Origin: Desulfobacteraceae bacterium
Lineage (GTDB): Bacteria > Desulfobacterota > Desulfobacteria > Desulfobacterales > Desulfosarcinaceae
Length of the DNA stretch: 42,468 bases
Direction of reading: 5' to 3'
Assembly: GCA_037387725.1 (NCBI GenBank)
Contig: JARRKU010000065.1
Coordinates: forward strand, 7,008-49,475
Shown here: piece after piece, positions 1 through 9,714 of the stretch
Layout of the letters: the number at the start of each line of letters is the position of its first letter
Numbering within the stretch: position 1 is the first letter of the stretch
Notes under the pieces: model-generated
The model's input: only the letters and a program-made list of their open reading frames with translations
The model's database searches: none
What the model was told of the DNA's origin: nothing
Translations under genes and position numbers: made by a program

Positions 1-345
1 GCCGAATGGCGGGAGGATCAAGGCGTGGAACTGCGGGATGAGGTCAACGCCGAATGGACCGACCTGGTAGTACACAAGCGATCATTTCCACCCAATATCA
101 AGCTGACCCAGAAGGCAAAAGAGATGTTTTTCATGGTGAGCTACAATATCGATGATTTCAGAAAATTCGTCTTTGAAAGCACTTTCCTTCAGAGGATGCC
201 GGTGGACGACAGGACCCGCGAGCAACTGAAAACCGACGATGTCGCACTGCTCAAGTTTGGCGTAAAGTGGCTCAAATCGGTTTTATTCAAACCCAAAGAT
301 CCGGTCACCGGAAAAGATATCGACCTTCCCGAAGAAGAAAAGTAA
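1..345 (+). CDS. 3' end of a hypothetical protein. The ORF is open to the window edge, so the N-terminus is missing.
   Basis: Frame 1 is open from base 1 and stops at 345. No family recognised from the 115 visible residues. Confidence 0.4.
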   Translation, partial: AEWREDQGVELRDEVNAEWTDLVVHKRSFPPNIKLTQKAKEMFFMVSYNIDDFRKFVFESTFLQRMPVDDRTREQLKTDDVALLKFGVKWLKSVLFKPKDPVTGKDIDLPEEEK

Positions 346-385
346 AGTCCCGGGGATCCAGAGCCCCCCGATCCGAAGGTTGGTT

Positions 386-595
386 TTACTCCACCACCCT
401 TGCAACAACGCCGCCACAACGGGTGCATATCCCCTTCAGGGATAATTGTCCTTTTTCGATCCGGCCGCTGGCCTCGCCCATTGATGTGTTTTTCATGCAG
501 CCCACACACCACACGTTGTTCAGGATTCGCAATCGCTGCATAGCCGGAATGGCATTCCATTTTTTAGCCGCCTGGGGTGTAAGCTCCATGGTCAT
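386..595 (-). CDS. Small (69 aa) putative zinc-ribbon protein with a CxxC...CxxC motif
   Basis: ORF carries CVGC...CTRCG cysteine pairs. No clear SD upstream, so coding status is uncertain. Confidence 0.3.
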   Translation of the reverse strand: MTMELTPQAAKKWNAIPAMQRLRILNNVWCVGCMKNTSMGEASGRIEKGQLSLKGICTRCGGVVARVVE

Positions 596-911
596 TCGCC
601 GGTTGGGGTAAATCGCTGCGGGCTAAACCACCTTCGGCCGGGGAGGCCCATCCCGATAACTACATAAACCATTAAATTACAAACAGTTAACAACTTATAA
701 GGGGGTGGGGCGCCTTTGTCAAGGCATTCTCTCCAGTGGGTTCGCCCCCACCTGCAAGACCCGACAAATATGTATTTCCCTATTTAACCCTAAATACCCG
801 GATCTTACCTACATGTTGCACCTTGCATCCGGACAGACGGTGGTGGTATGGTGGTGCCCGACAAATCTTGCTGCACCAAGACCTAGAAGAGGGGACAAAG
901 AGGAGAGTTCC

Positions 912-1976
912 ATGGAGATTCAGATCAAAAAGACCCATCACCCCAAACCAAAACCAGATGAAAAAAATTTGGGGTTCGGCACCCATTTTACCGATCATAT
1001 GTTGAACATGGATTATACTTCGGATCTGGGGTGGCATAATCCGCGCATTGAGCCTTATGGCCCCTTTGTTCTGGACCCTGCAACCATGGTACTGCACTAT
1101 GGTCAAGGCATTTTCGAAGGTTTGAAGGCCTACCGCACCGAAAGCGGCGGTATTCAACTCTTCCGGCCCAGGGAAAATTTCAAACGCATGGCGGAATCCG
1201 CCCAAATGCTGTGCATGCCGCCAGTCGATGCAGACCAGGCAATAGAAGCGCTTAGAGCGCTTTTGCGCGTCGAGCAGGACTGGGTTCCAAGCGAGCCAGG
1301 CACCTCGCTGTACATCCGGCCCACAATGATCGCCACCGATCCGTTCCTGGGCGTCCGCGCTTCCTATACTTATCGGTTCTTTATCATTCTCTCCCCTGTG
1401 GGCGCCTACTATCCGGAAGGGTTCAATCCCGTCAAGATCCTGGTGACCCGAGATCATGTGCGTGCGGTTCGTGGAGGCCTGGGCGGTGCCAAAACCATGG
1501 CCAATTATGCGGCCAGCCTGCTGGCTGGCAAAAAGGCAGCGGAAGAAGGCTATACCCAGGTTTTGTGGCTGGACGGCATTGAACAAAAGTACGTGGAAGA
1601 AGTCGGCTCCATGAACATTTTCTTTGTTATCAACAATGAATTGATCACACCGGCGCTCAACGGGAGTATTTTGCCCGGCATCACCCGGAATTCGGTTCTC
1701 CAGCTGGCACAGCAATGGGGCGTCACTGCAACTGAACGAAGAATCTCCATCAAAGAGATATTTGAGGCCAATCAATCAGGAACGCTTTCTGAGGTCTTCG
1801 GCTCAGGCACCGCCGCCGTCATATCACCAGTAAGCGAATTGAAATGCGAAGATAAGATCATATCCATCGGTGATGGTAAGGTCGGCCCCATGGCACAACG
1901 GCTCTTCGATGCCCTAATGGATATTCAATATGGGCGCGCCCAGGATGAATTGGGCTGGATTGAGCCCGCACTATAA
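912..1976 (+). CDS. ilvE: Branched-chain amino acid aminotransferase (class IV)
   Basis: 354 aa from ATG 912, with RBS AGGAGAG at 901-907. Typical IlvE motifs (GFGTHFTDHM, YGQGIFEGLKAYR, LLAGKKAAEEGY). The longer ORF from 705 is an upstream extension. Confidence 0.9.
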   Translation: MEIQIKKTHHPKPKPDEKNLGFGTHFTDHMLNMDYTSDLGWHNPRIEPYGPFVLDPATMVLHYGQGIFEGLKAYRTESGGIQLFRPRENFKRMAESAQMLCMPPVDADQAIEALRALLRVEQDWVPSEPGTSLYIRPTMIATDPFLGVRASYTYRFFIILSPVGAYYPEGFNPVKILVTRDHVRAVRGGLGGAKTMANYAASLLAGKKAAEEGYTQVLWLDGIEQKYVEEVGSMNIFFVINNELITPALNGSILPGITRNSVLQLAQQWGVTATERRISIKEIFEANQSGTLSEVFGSGTAAVISPVSELKCEDKIISIGDGKVGPMAQRLFDALMDIQYGRAQDELGWIEPAL

Positions 1977-2002
1977 TTTTTACGTAATGTTAAGGAGTTT
2001 CG

Positions 2003-2875
2003 ATGAAGGTTCGTAAAGCCGTTTTTCCTGTTGCCGGATTGGGAACCCGTTTCCTCCCCGCCACCAAGGCCATGCCCAAAGAGATGCTTCCGGTGGTGGA
2101 CAAACCGTTGATCCAATATGCAGTGGAAGAAGCCCTGAAGGCCGGCATCGAAGATATTATTTTTGTCACCGGCAAGGGAAAACAATCCATCGAAGATCAC
2201 TTCGACCACTATTGTGAACTGGAACACACCCTGATGGCCCGCAGCAAAGAGACCCTGTTGCGGGAGATCACGACCCTTGTGCCGGAGTCGGGGACCCTGG
2301 TTTATACCCGTCAGAACGAACCATTGGGTCTCGGCCATGCGATCTGGTGTGCCCGTAATGTAGTGGGAAACGAACCCTTTGCCGTCCTTTTGGCGGATGA
2401 CTTGATCAAAGCGCAAACGCCTGTTTTGAAACAAATGATAGATCGCTTCAACGAGATCCAATGCTCCATGGTCTGCATCGAAGAGGTTAACCGTCAGGCC
2501 ACAGCCAGCTACGGGATTCTGGATGCCGACATGCCAAAAGACAACCTGACCCAAATTCGCGCTTTGGTGGAAAAACCCAATCCGGAGGATGCCCCGAGCA
2601 ATCTGGCTATCATCGGCCGCTATATTCTGACGCCGGAGATTTTTGGTATCCTTGGAAAAAAAGAGACCGGTGCAGGCGGAGAAATTCAGATCACCGATGC
2701 CATGCAAAGGCTCCTTAACATTCAATCCATCTATGGCTTCACCTATGAAGGCACCCGTTTCGATTGCGGCACCAAAGTCGGCTTTCAAATGGCCAATATC
2801 GCTTTCGCCCTGGACCGCAGGGATATGCGCGACCGATTATTACCGTTCCTCCAGGAGATGTGCGCCGTCGGATAG
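2003..2875 (+). CDS. galU: UTP--glucose-1-phosphate uridylyltransferase
   Basis: N-terminus MKVRKAVFPVAGLGTRFLPATKAMPKEMLPVVDKPLIQY is the GalU signature. RBS AAGGAG at 1992-1997. Confidence 0.9.
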   Translation: MKVRKAVFPVAGLGTRFLPATKAMPKEMLPVVDKPLIQYAVEEALKAGIEDIIFVTGKGKQSIEDHFDHYCELEHTLMARSKETLLREITTLVPESGTLVYTRQNEPLGLGHAIWCARNVVGNEPFAVLLADDLIKAQTPVLKQMIDRFNEIQCSMVCIEEVNRQATASYGILDADMPKDNLTQIRALVEKPNPEDAPSNLAIIGRYILTPEIFGILGKKETGAGGEIQITDAMQRLLNIQSIYGFTYEGTRFDCGTKVGFQMANIAFALDRRDMRDRLLPFLQEMCAVG

Positions 2876-2943
2876 TCTCTTTTTGCTCAATGCCCTAAAC
2901 CGGCTGCCGTACCCGGCCGTCGACCTTTCCGGCAGGACGAAAA

Positions 2944-3558
2944 ATGTTGAGTACCGAGTTTCTTTTGACCTCTTTGGTGGTGGTCCTTGCTCCGGGAACT
3001 GGGGTGATCTATACCGTAACGATGGGAATTCTATCCGGGAGGAAGTCGAGCGTCGCGGCGGCGGTGGGTTGCACCGCCGGCATTGTCCCGCACCTTCTGG
3101 CGGCCATTTTTGGATTATCCGCTATTATGCATATGGGATCACTGGCGTTTCAGGTCATTAGATGGACCGGTGCAATCTATCTCCTCTACCTGGCGTGGTC
3201 CATGTGGCGCGAGAGCGGCGTTTTGAAATTCGATGCGGGAGATACGAAAAAAAGCTGCCGGCAAATCGCTGTCAGGGGTGTCCTGATCAACATATTCAAC
3301 CCAAAATTATCGATCTTCTTCCTTGCTTTTCTACCCCTTTTTGTATCTCCATCCGAATCATCGCCTGTGGCGCAGCTGTTGCGGTTGAGCGCCGTTTTCA
3401 TGGGCATGACATTGATCATCTTCATCTTGTACGGCCTTTCGGCCACCGCAGTCCGCAACTGGGTCACCCATTCGCCCAGGCGCATGGTCTGGCTGCAGCG
3501 ATCCATTGCCGCCCTCTTTGCAGCAATGGGCGCCAAGCTGGCACTGAGCCAAAACTGA
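2944..3558 (+). CDS. LysE/RhtB-family amino-acid exporter
   Basis: 204 aa with a 6-TM pattern and the N-terminal motif LAPGTGVIYTV typical of the LysE family. Confidence 0.85.
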   Translation: MLSTEFLLTSLVVVLAPGTGVIYTVTMGILSGRKSSVAAAVGCTAGIVPHLLAAIFGLSAIMHMGSLAFQVIRWTGAIYLLYLAWSMWRESGVLKFDAGDTKKSCRQIAVRGVLINIFNPKLSIFFLAFLPLFVSPSESSPVAQLLRLSAVFMGMTLIIFILYGLSATAVRNWVTHSPRRMVWLQRSIAALFAAMGAKLALSQN

Positions 3559-3852
3559 TTCTTAAACCATTCTTTTGCGCAAGCTTTTAGAAGCTAACTA
3601 CAAAACGGATTTGAGTATTAGGTGCAGGCTGTGCCGGTTTCTAAACCGCAGGCACACGCTTGTAGGTTGAGGATTTGGAACCCGGTCCCAACGTCCAGAT
3701 TGGGCGAAAAACTTTTATGGATCGCTTCTGCAAGGCGAGCTATTTCTGCGGCTATAAAAGGCAGGACGCCTGAGGCCCGATGGTGTGGGGGTTGGGGCCG
3801 CAGGCGTCGCGGTTGTTACCGATTGACATCGGTAAGCGCTTGCAGGGGGGGA

Positions 3853-4173
3853 TCAACTAACGGATGCACCGATCCCTGATCCATTCATCTGTACGACATT
3901 GATTCTAACACGTTGAGCAAAGCTGGGCAGCTGCTGCCAGATCCTCTCACCGACCTTGTGAAATATGTAAGCGACATCCGGACGATTGTTGAGATTGCTC
4001 TCCAGCACGGCGGTTTGATTCATCGCCCATTGGCCGATTTTTTTCACGACAGTGCCGCTGTCCGGCGGATTCTCCGGAAAGAGCACGCCGGCAATTCCAT
4101 CCGGATCCGCCTCTATTTTGGAGCTCAAGTGATAGAGCTCATACAGATCCAACTCTTTCAATTCCTTGGTCAT
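3853..4173 (-). CDS. Hypothetical protein (106 aa)
   Basis: ATG at 4173 preceded by GGAGA. The ORF extends to 3853. No family recognised. Confidence 0.4.
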   Translation of the reverse strand: MTKELKELDLYELYHLSSKIEADPDGIAGVLFPENPPDSGTVVKKIGQWAMNQTAVLESNLNNRPDVAYIFHKVGERIWQQLPSFAQRVRINVVQMNGSGIGASVS

Positions 4174-4431
4174 CGGTCTTTCTCCGTCAGTTGGTAATTT
4201 TGGCTGCATTACCTGTTGTCGAAAAAGATCCTCGATTGCATCAGAACCTTGTTTTTTTATGTTTTTTGGCTATCATGCCGATGATGAAATGATTAGTATG
4301 TGACACACGTCACAAAAAATCATTTTTTCGAATTTGACCGGAATTTTAGACAGGGACAAATCGGGGAACAGAAAGCGTCCCCTTTGGCCGCGACGGATGC
4401 CACACCTACTAAAGGGCAGGAAAGAAGAAAA

Positions 4432-4635
4432 ATGAATTGTACCCAGATGAAAAATCTAGAACGATGCAATTGCACCTACGAGCCTTGTCAGCGAAAGGGG
4501 GCCTGCTGTGAATGCCTCTCATATCACCTGGAGTACCGGCAACTGCCGGCCTGTTGCTTCCCGGATGATGCCGAACGCACCATGGACCGCTCCTTCAAAC
4601 ACTTTGCCGAGCTGGTGGCAAAGGGACGGGTTTAG
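4432..4635 (+). CDS. Small cysteine-rich protein (67 aa, at least 8 Cys: CxC, CxxxxC, CCxC, CC)
   Basis: ATG 4432 preceded by AGGAAAG. The dense Cys pattern MNCTQ..CNCTYEPCQRKGACCEC..CC looks like a conserved metal-binding miniprotein. Confidence 0.45.
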   Translation: MNCTQMKNLERCNCTYEPCQRKGACCECLSYHLEYRQLPACCFPDDAERTMDRSFKHFAELVAKGRV

Positions 4636-4668
4636 GACAAGCCGGACGGCGTATTCTGAAACAACCGC

Positions 4669-5649
4669 TTATGATACGATCAGTATGGTGGACCCCCTGG
4701 TCTTGCGCCCTTCAAGGTCGTTATGGGCCTGAGCGGCGTCTTTCAGGGCATAGGTCTGGCCGATATGGATGCGCACAACACCATTGGTCACCATCTGAAA
4801 TAGATCACGGGCATGGTCCTGCAAGTCTTTCCGTTTCTCTGTGTAGGTCATCAGGCTGGGACGGGTCAGAAACAAGGAACCTTTCTGGCCAAGGATGGAA
4901 AAGTCCATGGGCGCAATAGGTCCAGAAGATTGCCCAAATGAGACCATCATCCCCATAGGCCGCAGACAATCCAGCGACTGCATGAAGGTTGCCTGGCCCA
5001 CCGAGTCATAAACCACATCCACACCCCGGTTGTCTGTAATGTCGCGCACCTGCCGCTCCCAACCGGCATCGGTATACAAAATCGGGTGATCGCAGCCGTT
5101 GGCACTGGCGGCCTCGGCCTTTTCCGGACTACCCACAGTGCCGATGACAGTGGCGCCCAGTGCCTTGGCCCACTGGCAAACCAGGGTCCCCACACCGCCG
5201 GCGGCGGCGTGAATCAGTAAGGTGGTGCTTTTGCCCACCGGGTAACATCCTTTGAGCAGATAACGAGCGGTCATTCCCTGCAGCATCATACCTGCGGCGT
5301 CCCGCAGAGAAATCGCTTCCGGCACTTTCACCAGGCGATGGGCCGGAATGCGGCGTTTTTCCGCATAAGCACCCGGCGGCACACCAGCATACGCCACCCG
5401 GTCGCCGGAAGCCAGACCGCTCACGCCTTCCCCCACCGCCTCTACAATGCCAGCCCCCTCCATTCCAAGGATAGCCGGCAGCTGGGGCAGGGGATACAGA
5501 CCGGTGCGATGGTAGACATCGATGTAGTTGAGCCCTACGGCCTCCTGCCGGATAAGGGCTTCGCCCGGGCCTGGTGCGCCCGGATTGTATTCCTCCCACT
5601 TGAGGACATCGGAACCACCGGTTTTATGGATTCGTATCGCATGGGTCAT
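4669..5649 (-). CDS. qor: NADPH:quinone oxidoreductase (Zn-independent medium-chain dehydrogenase family)
   Basis: 326 aa, MTHAIRIHKTGGSDVLKWEEY... and GAAGGVG nucleotide motif. RBS AAGGAGG upstream of ATG 5649. Confidence 0.9.
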   Translation of the reverse strand: MTHAIRIHKTGGSDVLKWEEYNPGAPGPGEALIRQEAVGLNYIDVYHRTGLYPLPQLPAILGMEGAGIVEAVGEGVSGLASGDRVAYAGVPPGAYAEKRRIPAHRLVKVPEAISLRDAAGMMLQGMTARYLLKGCYPVGKSTTLLIHAAAGGVGTLVCQWAKALGATVIGTVGSPEKAEAASANGCDHPILYTDAGWERQVRDITDNRGVDVVYDSVGQATFMQSLDCLRPMGMMVSFGQSSGPIAPMDFSILGQKGSLFLTRPSLMTYTEKRKDLQDHARDLFQMVTNGVVRIHIGQTYALKDAAQAHNDLEGRKTRGSTILIVS

Positions 5650-6342
5650 GACTGCCTCCTTTCAATGCTTTCCCTCTACATTAATTCACCGCTGCCAAAA
5701 GGACAATGCCACGCCGATAACAAAAACCGGCCGGGCCTTCCTTCAGCCAATGCCAGGCGATCCGGCATTGACTTATTATCAGCCATTTGGCATAGTTGGG
5801 ACCAATAAGATTACACGAAACCCCTGGCTTCCAAAACTACGTTGAGGCCCTATGGTGCTGATGCTGCCGGTTCAATCCATTGTGCTTTGTTTGGATCCTT
5901 CATGAGCTATGTGCCTTCAAGATATAGAACCTATCTCAAAAAAGTCCTTTGTCCCAATCTGGGTGTTGGGACCGAATTCCAAATCCTCGCCATACTACAG
6001 TATGCCTGCGGTTTGAAACCCGGCCCCGCCTACACCTTGGACCAAAATCCGTTTTTTGAGATAGGTTATAGAACGATCATCGGCCAACACCCAGATCTGC
6101 ACCTGTTTCCAGACCACCCAAATAAAAGAATACCGGAGGCATCGGGCCTCCATATACAATATCCCTGTTACCTGCAGAATAGGGCCACGGCCAACCCGGT
6201 TGGAAGTGGCCGTTATTTATGAACCCGCTAATCAATCCCAATCCCTGCCATCGAACAGGCAGGAATCGCCGAATGCGGGTGCACCATGGCGGATGGACCT
6301 TTGATAGCCAGTTGATGCTTATTTGAAAGGAGCTCCGGCAAC

Positions 6343-6873
6343 ATGCAGTTTTTGAAAAGCGCCTGCCAAAAAATCGATTTGGTCAATGAATACGTAGGCC
6401 GGGCGGTGTCGTGGACCACGCTGTTATTGGTGCTGGTCACCTTCACCGATGTGGTCATGCGCTATTTCTTTAACACCTCCTATGTCTTTACCCAGGAGCT
6501 GGAGTGGCATGTCTTCGCCTTCATCTTTCTAATGGGCGCCGGCTACACCCTTAAAATAGACGGCCATGTCCGCGTGGAAGTCTTCTACGGCCGCCTTGGT
6601 ACTAAAGGAAAGGCGTGGATCAATCTGGTCGGCGTGATCTTTTTCCTCATCCCCAGCTGCGCTCTGTTCATTAAAACAGGCATCCCTTTCATGGTAAAAT
6701 CCTTTCAGATCATGGAGGGCTCTCCGGATCCCGGGGGTATTCCTTACCGCTTTCTTCTGAAAGGCTGCATACCCGCCGGCTATGCCCTTATTCTGCTTCA
6801 AGGCATTTCCCTGGGCATCGACAGCCTGCTGGGGGTGCTGGGCCTGAACAATGAGAAGGAAAAGGAGGCCTAG
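6343..6873 (+). CDS. dctQ: TRAP transporter small permease subunit (DctQ family)
   Basis: 176 aa with 4 TM segments. RBS GAAAGGAG at 6325-6332. Immediately followed by dctM. Confidence 0.85.
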   Translation: MQFLKSACQKIDLVNEYVGRAVSWTTLLLVLVTFTDVVMRYFFNTSYVFTQELEWHVFAFIFLMGAGYTLKIDGHVRVEVFYGRLGTKGKAWINLVGVIFFLIPSCALFIKTGIPFMVKSFQIMEGSPDPGGIPYRFLLKGCIPAGYALILLQGISLGIDSLLGVLGLNNEKEKEA

Positions 6874-6878
6874 CACCA

Positions 6879-8207
6879 ATGGAATACCTGGCTGGATATA
6901 TGTTTTTAGCGATGTCGATCCTGATCATGTTCGGGTTTCCGGTCACCTTTACCCTGGGCGGCACGGCCATGGTATTCGGTGTGATCGGATTCGGCTGGGA
7001 CTTCTTCAATCTGCTGCCGCTGCGCGTTTGGGGCCGCATGAGCAATGTCACACTCATGGCGGTGCCCCTGTTTGTCTTCATGGGGGTTATGCTGGAACGC
7101 TCCGGCCTGGCCGATAAACTGCTGGACACCATGGGCATCGTGCTCGGCCGTCTCAGGGGCGGTTTGGCGGCATCGGTGGTCGTTGTCGGCGCCCTGTTGG
7201 GCGCTTCCACCGGCATCGTCGGCGCCACTGTGGTGACCATGGGATTGCTGGCGGTTCCCACCATGCTCCGCAGGGGATATTCCAAAGAGCTGGCGTGCGG
7301 CACGGTGGCCGCATCCGGCACGCTTGGGCAGATCATTCCGCCCAGCATCGTTTTGGTATTGATCGGCGATATCGTCGGCGTCTCTGTGGGGGATCTTTTC
7401 ATTGGAGCCGTACTCCCCGGTTTTTTATTGGTATTCCTTTATATTATCTACATTATCCTCGCGGCCTATCTGAATCCCAAAAGCGCTCCGGCGATCAAAA
7501 AGGAAGACCTGGGAGAGCTGGTCGGCAAAAGACTGGCGCTGGAGGTGTTGATCTCCATGTTTCCGCCGCTGTTCCTGATGGTGGCCGTGCTGGGTTCGAT
7601 CTTCCTCGGTATCGCATCCCCCACAGAGGCCGCTGCCGTGGGCGCCGTGGGGGCCACCATACTGACCGTCGCCAACCGCAAGTTTGATTTGAAAATCCTG
7701 CGCGAAGTAATGCGTTCCACCATGTCCCTTACCTGCATGGTCTTTATCATCCTCTGCGGCGCTGCCCTCTTCGGCCTGGTCTTCAGAGGGTTGGGCGGTG
7801 ACGAGCTGGTCAGGGGATTTCTTAAGAGCGTCGGCCACCAATACAGCCATGGCATGGTACTGGCCATCGTGCTGACGCTCATCTTCTTCATCGGCTTTTT
7901 CCTCGACTTTATCGAAATCATCTTTATCCATGTCCCGGTACTGGCGCCGATCCTGATCGAGGAGTTTCATTTTGACCCGGTCTGGTTATGCATCCTGCTG
8001 GCCGTGAACCTGCAGACCTCTTTCATGACGCCTCCCTTCGGCTTTTCGCTTTTTTACCTGAATTCGGTTACCCCGCCGGAGGTCACTACCAACCATATTT
8101 ACCGGGGTATCATCCCCTTTGTTACGTTGCAGCTCATCGGGCTGCTGATCGTCATATTTTATCCAGAACTGGCCACATGGCTGCCGAAGATCGTTTTCGG
8201 CGGTTAA
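6879..8207 (+). CDS. dctM: TRAP transporter large permease subunit (DctM family)
   Basis: 442 aa polytopic membrane protein. Starts 6 nt after the dctQ stop. Confidence 0.9.
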   Translation: MEYLAGYMFLAMSILIMFGFPVTFTLGGTAMVFGVIGFGWDFFNLLPLRVWGRMSNVTLMAVPLFVFMGVMLERSGLADKLLDTMGIVLGRLRGGLAASVVVVGALLGASTGIVGATVVTMGLLAVPTMLRRGYSKELACGTVAASGTLGQIIPPSIVLVLIGDIVGVSVGDLFIGAVLPGFLLVFLYIIYIILAAYLNPKSAPAIKKEDLGELVGKRLALEVLISMFPPLFLMVAVLGSIFLGIASPTEAAAVGAVGATILTVANRKFDLKILREVMRSTMSLTCMVFIILCGAALFGLVFRGLGGDELVRGFLKSVGHQYSHGMVLAIVLTLIFFIGFFLDFIEIIFIHVPVLAPILIEEFHFDPVWLCILLAVNLQTSFMTPPFGFSLFYLNSVTPPEVTTNHIYRGIIPFVTLQLIGLLIVIFYPELATWLPKIVFGG

Positions 8208-8253
8208 CAAACAATCATCTTCCATCTTTTAACCACATCAAAGGAGGTTGGGT

Positions 8254-9408
8254 ATGAAGAGACGGGAATTTCTGACGAAAACCGGAGTTGTGGCTGCAGG
8301 TGCTGCTGCGGCCGTAGCTGGATTGGCAGGATGCGGAGAGAAAAAAGAAAAAGCCGAGGCGCCGGCCAAAGCGGCTGAGGCCCCGGCTGTCGTAACCAAA
8401 AAAACCTATGATATGAAAATGGTCACCACCTGGCCGGCCAACTTCCCGGTCTTCCAGGTCGGGCTGGACAATTTTGCAAAGCGCCTGGAAATCGCCAGCG
8501 AAGGCCAGATCAAGCTCAAAGTCTACTCTGCCGGTGAGCTGGTGCCGGCCATGGAAACCTTCCAGTCCGTGTCCGATGGCACGGTGGAGATGGGCAGCGG
8601 CGCCGCCTACTACTGGGCGGGCAAGCAGCCCGCGGCCCAATGGTTCGCGGCTGTGCCGTTTGGTCTGAACGCCCAGGGCATGAACGCCTGGTTCTACAGC
8701 GGCGGCGGTTTGGAACTGTGGGAAGAGGCGTATGCCCCCTTCAACCTGATCCCGCGCCCCATTGGCAACACCGGCGTACAGATGGGCGGTTGGTTCAATA
8801 AGAAGCTGGAATCCATGGAGGATTTCAAAGGCCTCAAGATGCGCATCCCCGGTCTGGGCGGCAAAGTTTTCGCCAAAGCCGGCGGCACCGTCACCCTGAC
8901 ACCTGGAGGGGAGATCTTCACCAACCTGGAACGCGGTGTCATCGATGCATCGGAATGGGTGGGACCGTATCATGATTATCGTCTGGGGCTTCCCAAGGCC
9001 GCCAAATACTACTACTATCCCGGATGGCATGAGCCCGGCACCGCGCTGGAGATCATGATCAACAAGAAAGTGTACGACGAGATGCCCGAACATCTCAAGG
9101 TCATTCTGGATGCCTGCGCCGCTCAAACCAACGTATGGCAGCTCTGTGAATTTGAAGCCAACAATGGTGAATATCTGGAAAAAATCCTGGCCGACGGTAA
9201 AACCGAGCTCCTTCAATTCAAACCCGAAATCATGGACAACCTGCGCAAGCTCGCAGCAGAGGTAATCGAAGAAGAAGCCGCCAAAGACGCCTTGTCCACC
9301 AAAGTCAATGAATCCTTCAAGGCGTTCAAAAAACGCATCGGCGCATGGGGGCAGTTTTCAGAAGCGGCCTATTATCAATTGATCGCCGAAAAGATGTCGA
9401 TGAGCTAA
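8254..9408 (+). CDS. dctP: TRAP transporter periplasmic solute-binding protein (DctP family) with twin-arginine signal
   Basis: ATG 8254 (MKRREFLTK...) with RBS AAGGAGG at 8241-8247. RREFL Tat motif, Ala-rich h-region and an AGC lipobox-like cysteine. Typical DctP-family body. Confidence 0.9.
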   Translation: MKRREFLTKTGVVAAGAAAAVAGLAGCGEKKEKAEAPAKAAEAPAVVTKKTYDMKMVTTWPANFPVFQVGLDNFAKRLEIASEGQIKLKVYSAGELVPAMETFQSVSDGTVEMGSGAAYYWAGKQPAAQWFAAVPFGLNAQGMNAWFYSGGGLELWEEAYAPFNLIPRPIGNTGVQMGGWFNKKLESMEDFKGLKMRIPGLGGKVFAKAGGTVTLTPGGEIFTNLERGVIDASEWVGPYHDYRLGLPKAAKYYYYPGWHEPGTALEIMINKKVYDEMPEHLKVILDACAAQTNVWQLCEFEANNGEYLEKILADGKTELLQFKPEIMDNLRKLAAEVIEEEAAKDALSTKVNESFKAFKKRIGAWGQFSEAAYYQLIAEKMSMS

Positions 9409-9714
9409 AGGAAGCGTTCGCATAAGCACCGTTGTATACTTTACAATGAACCACTGCGCCCGGAGGGTACCGATTAAATCGGCCGTTCGGGCGCATCTGC
9501 TTGAGACCATTGCCATCCGGTCAAATAGATTTTCAAAGCTCCATTCGCCGCAGGCATGGAGATATCACAAGCAGCAAACTAATAGAGCACGATATAAATA
9601 CGAATCTATAACCAAATTAAGGCGGACTCGCGTTATCTATGCCAGTTTAAAGTTTAAAGTAGAAAGTTTAAATGGACCCGTTTATCATCCGCAGCCACTA
9701 TGAGGAGATGGCTT

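Noticed and set aside
780-1775. 331-aa minus-strand ORF inside ilvE
   Set aside because: Antisense to a confidently identified gene in GC-rich DNA, with low-complexity composition. Spurious.
1925-2788. 287-aa minus-strand ORF antisense to galU
   Set aside because: Antisense shadow ORF of a GC-rich gene with no recognisable domains.
5842-6222. 126-aa ORF in the qor/dctQ spacer
   Set aside because: Tyr/Pro/His-rich composition unlike real proteins and no RBS. The region is better explained as a structured leader, as reported in the findings.
6788-7402. 204-aa minus-strand ORF antisense to dctM
   Set aside because: Shadow ORF.
8215-9216. 333-aa minus-strand ORF antisense to dctP
   Set aside because: Shadow ORF.
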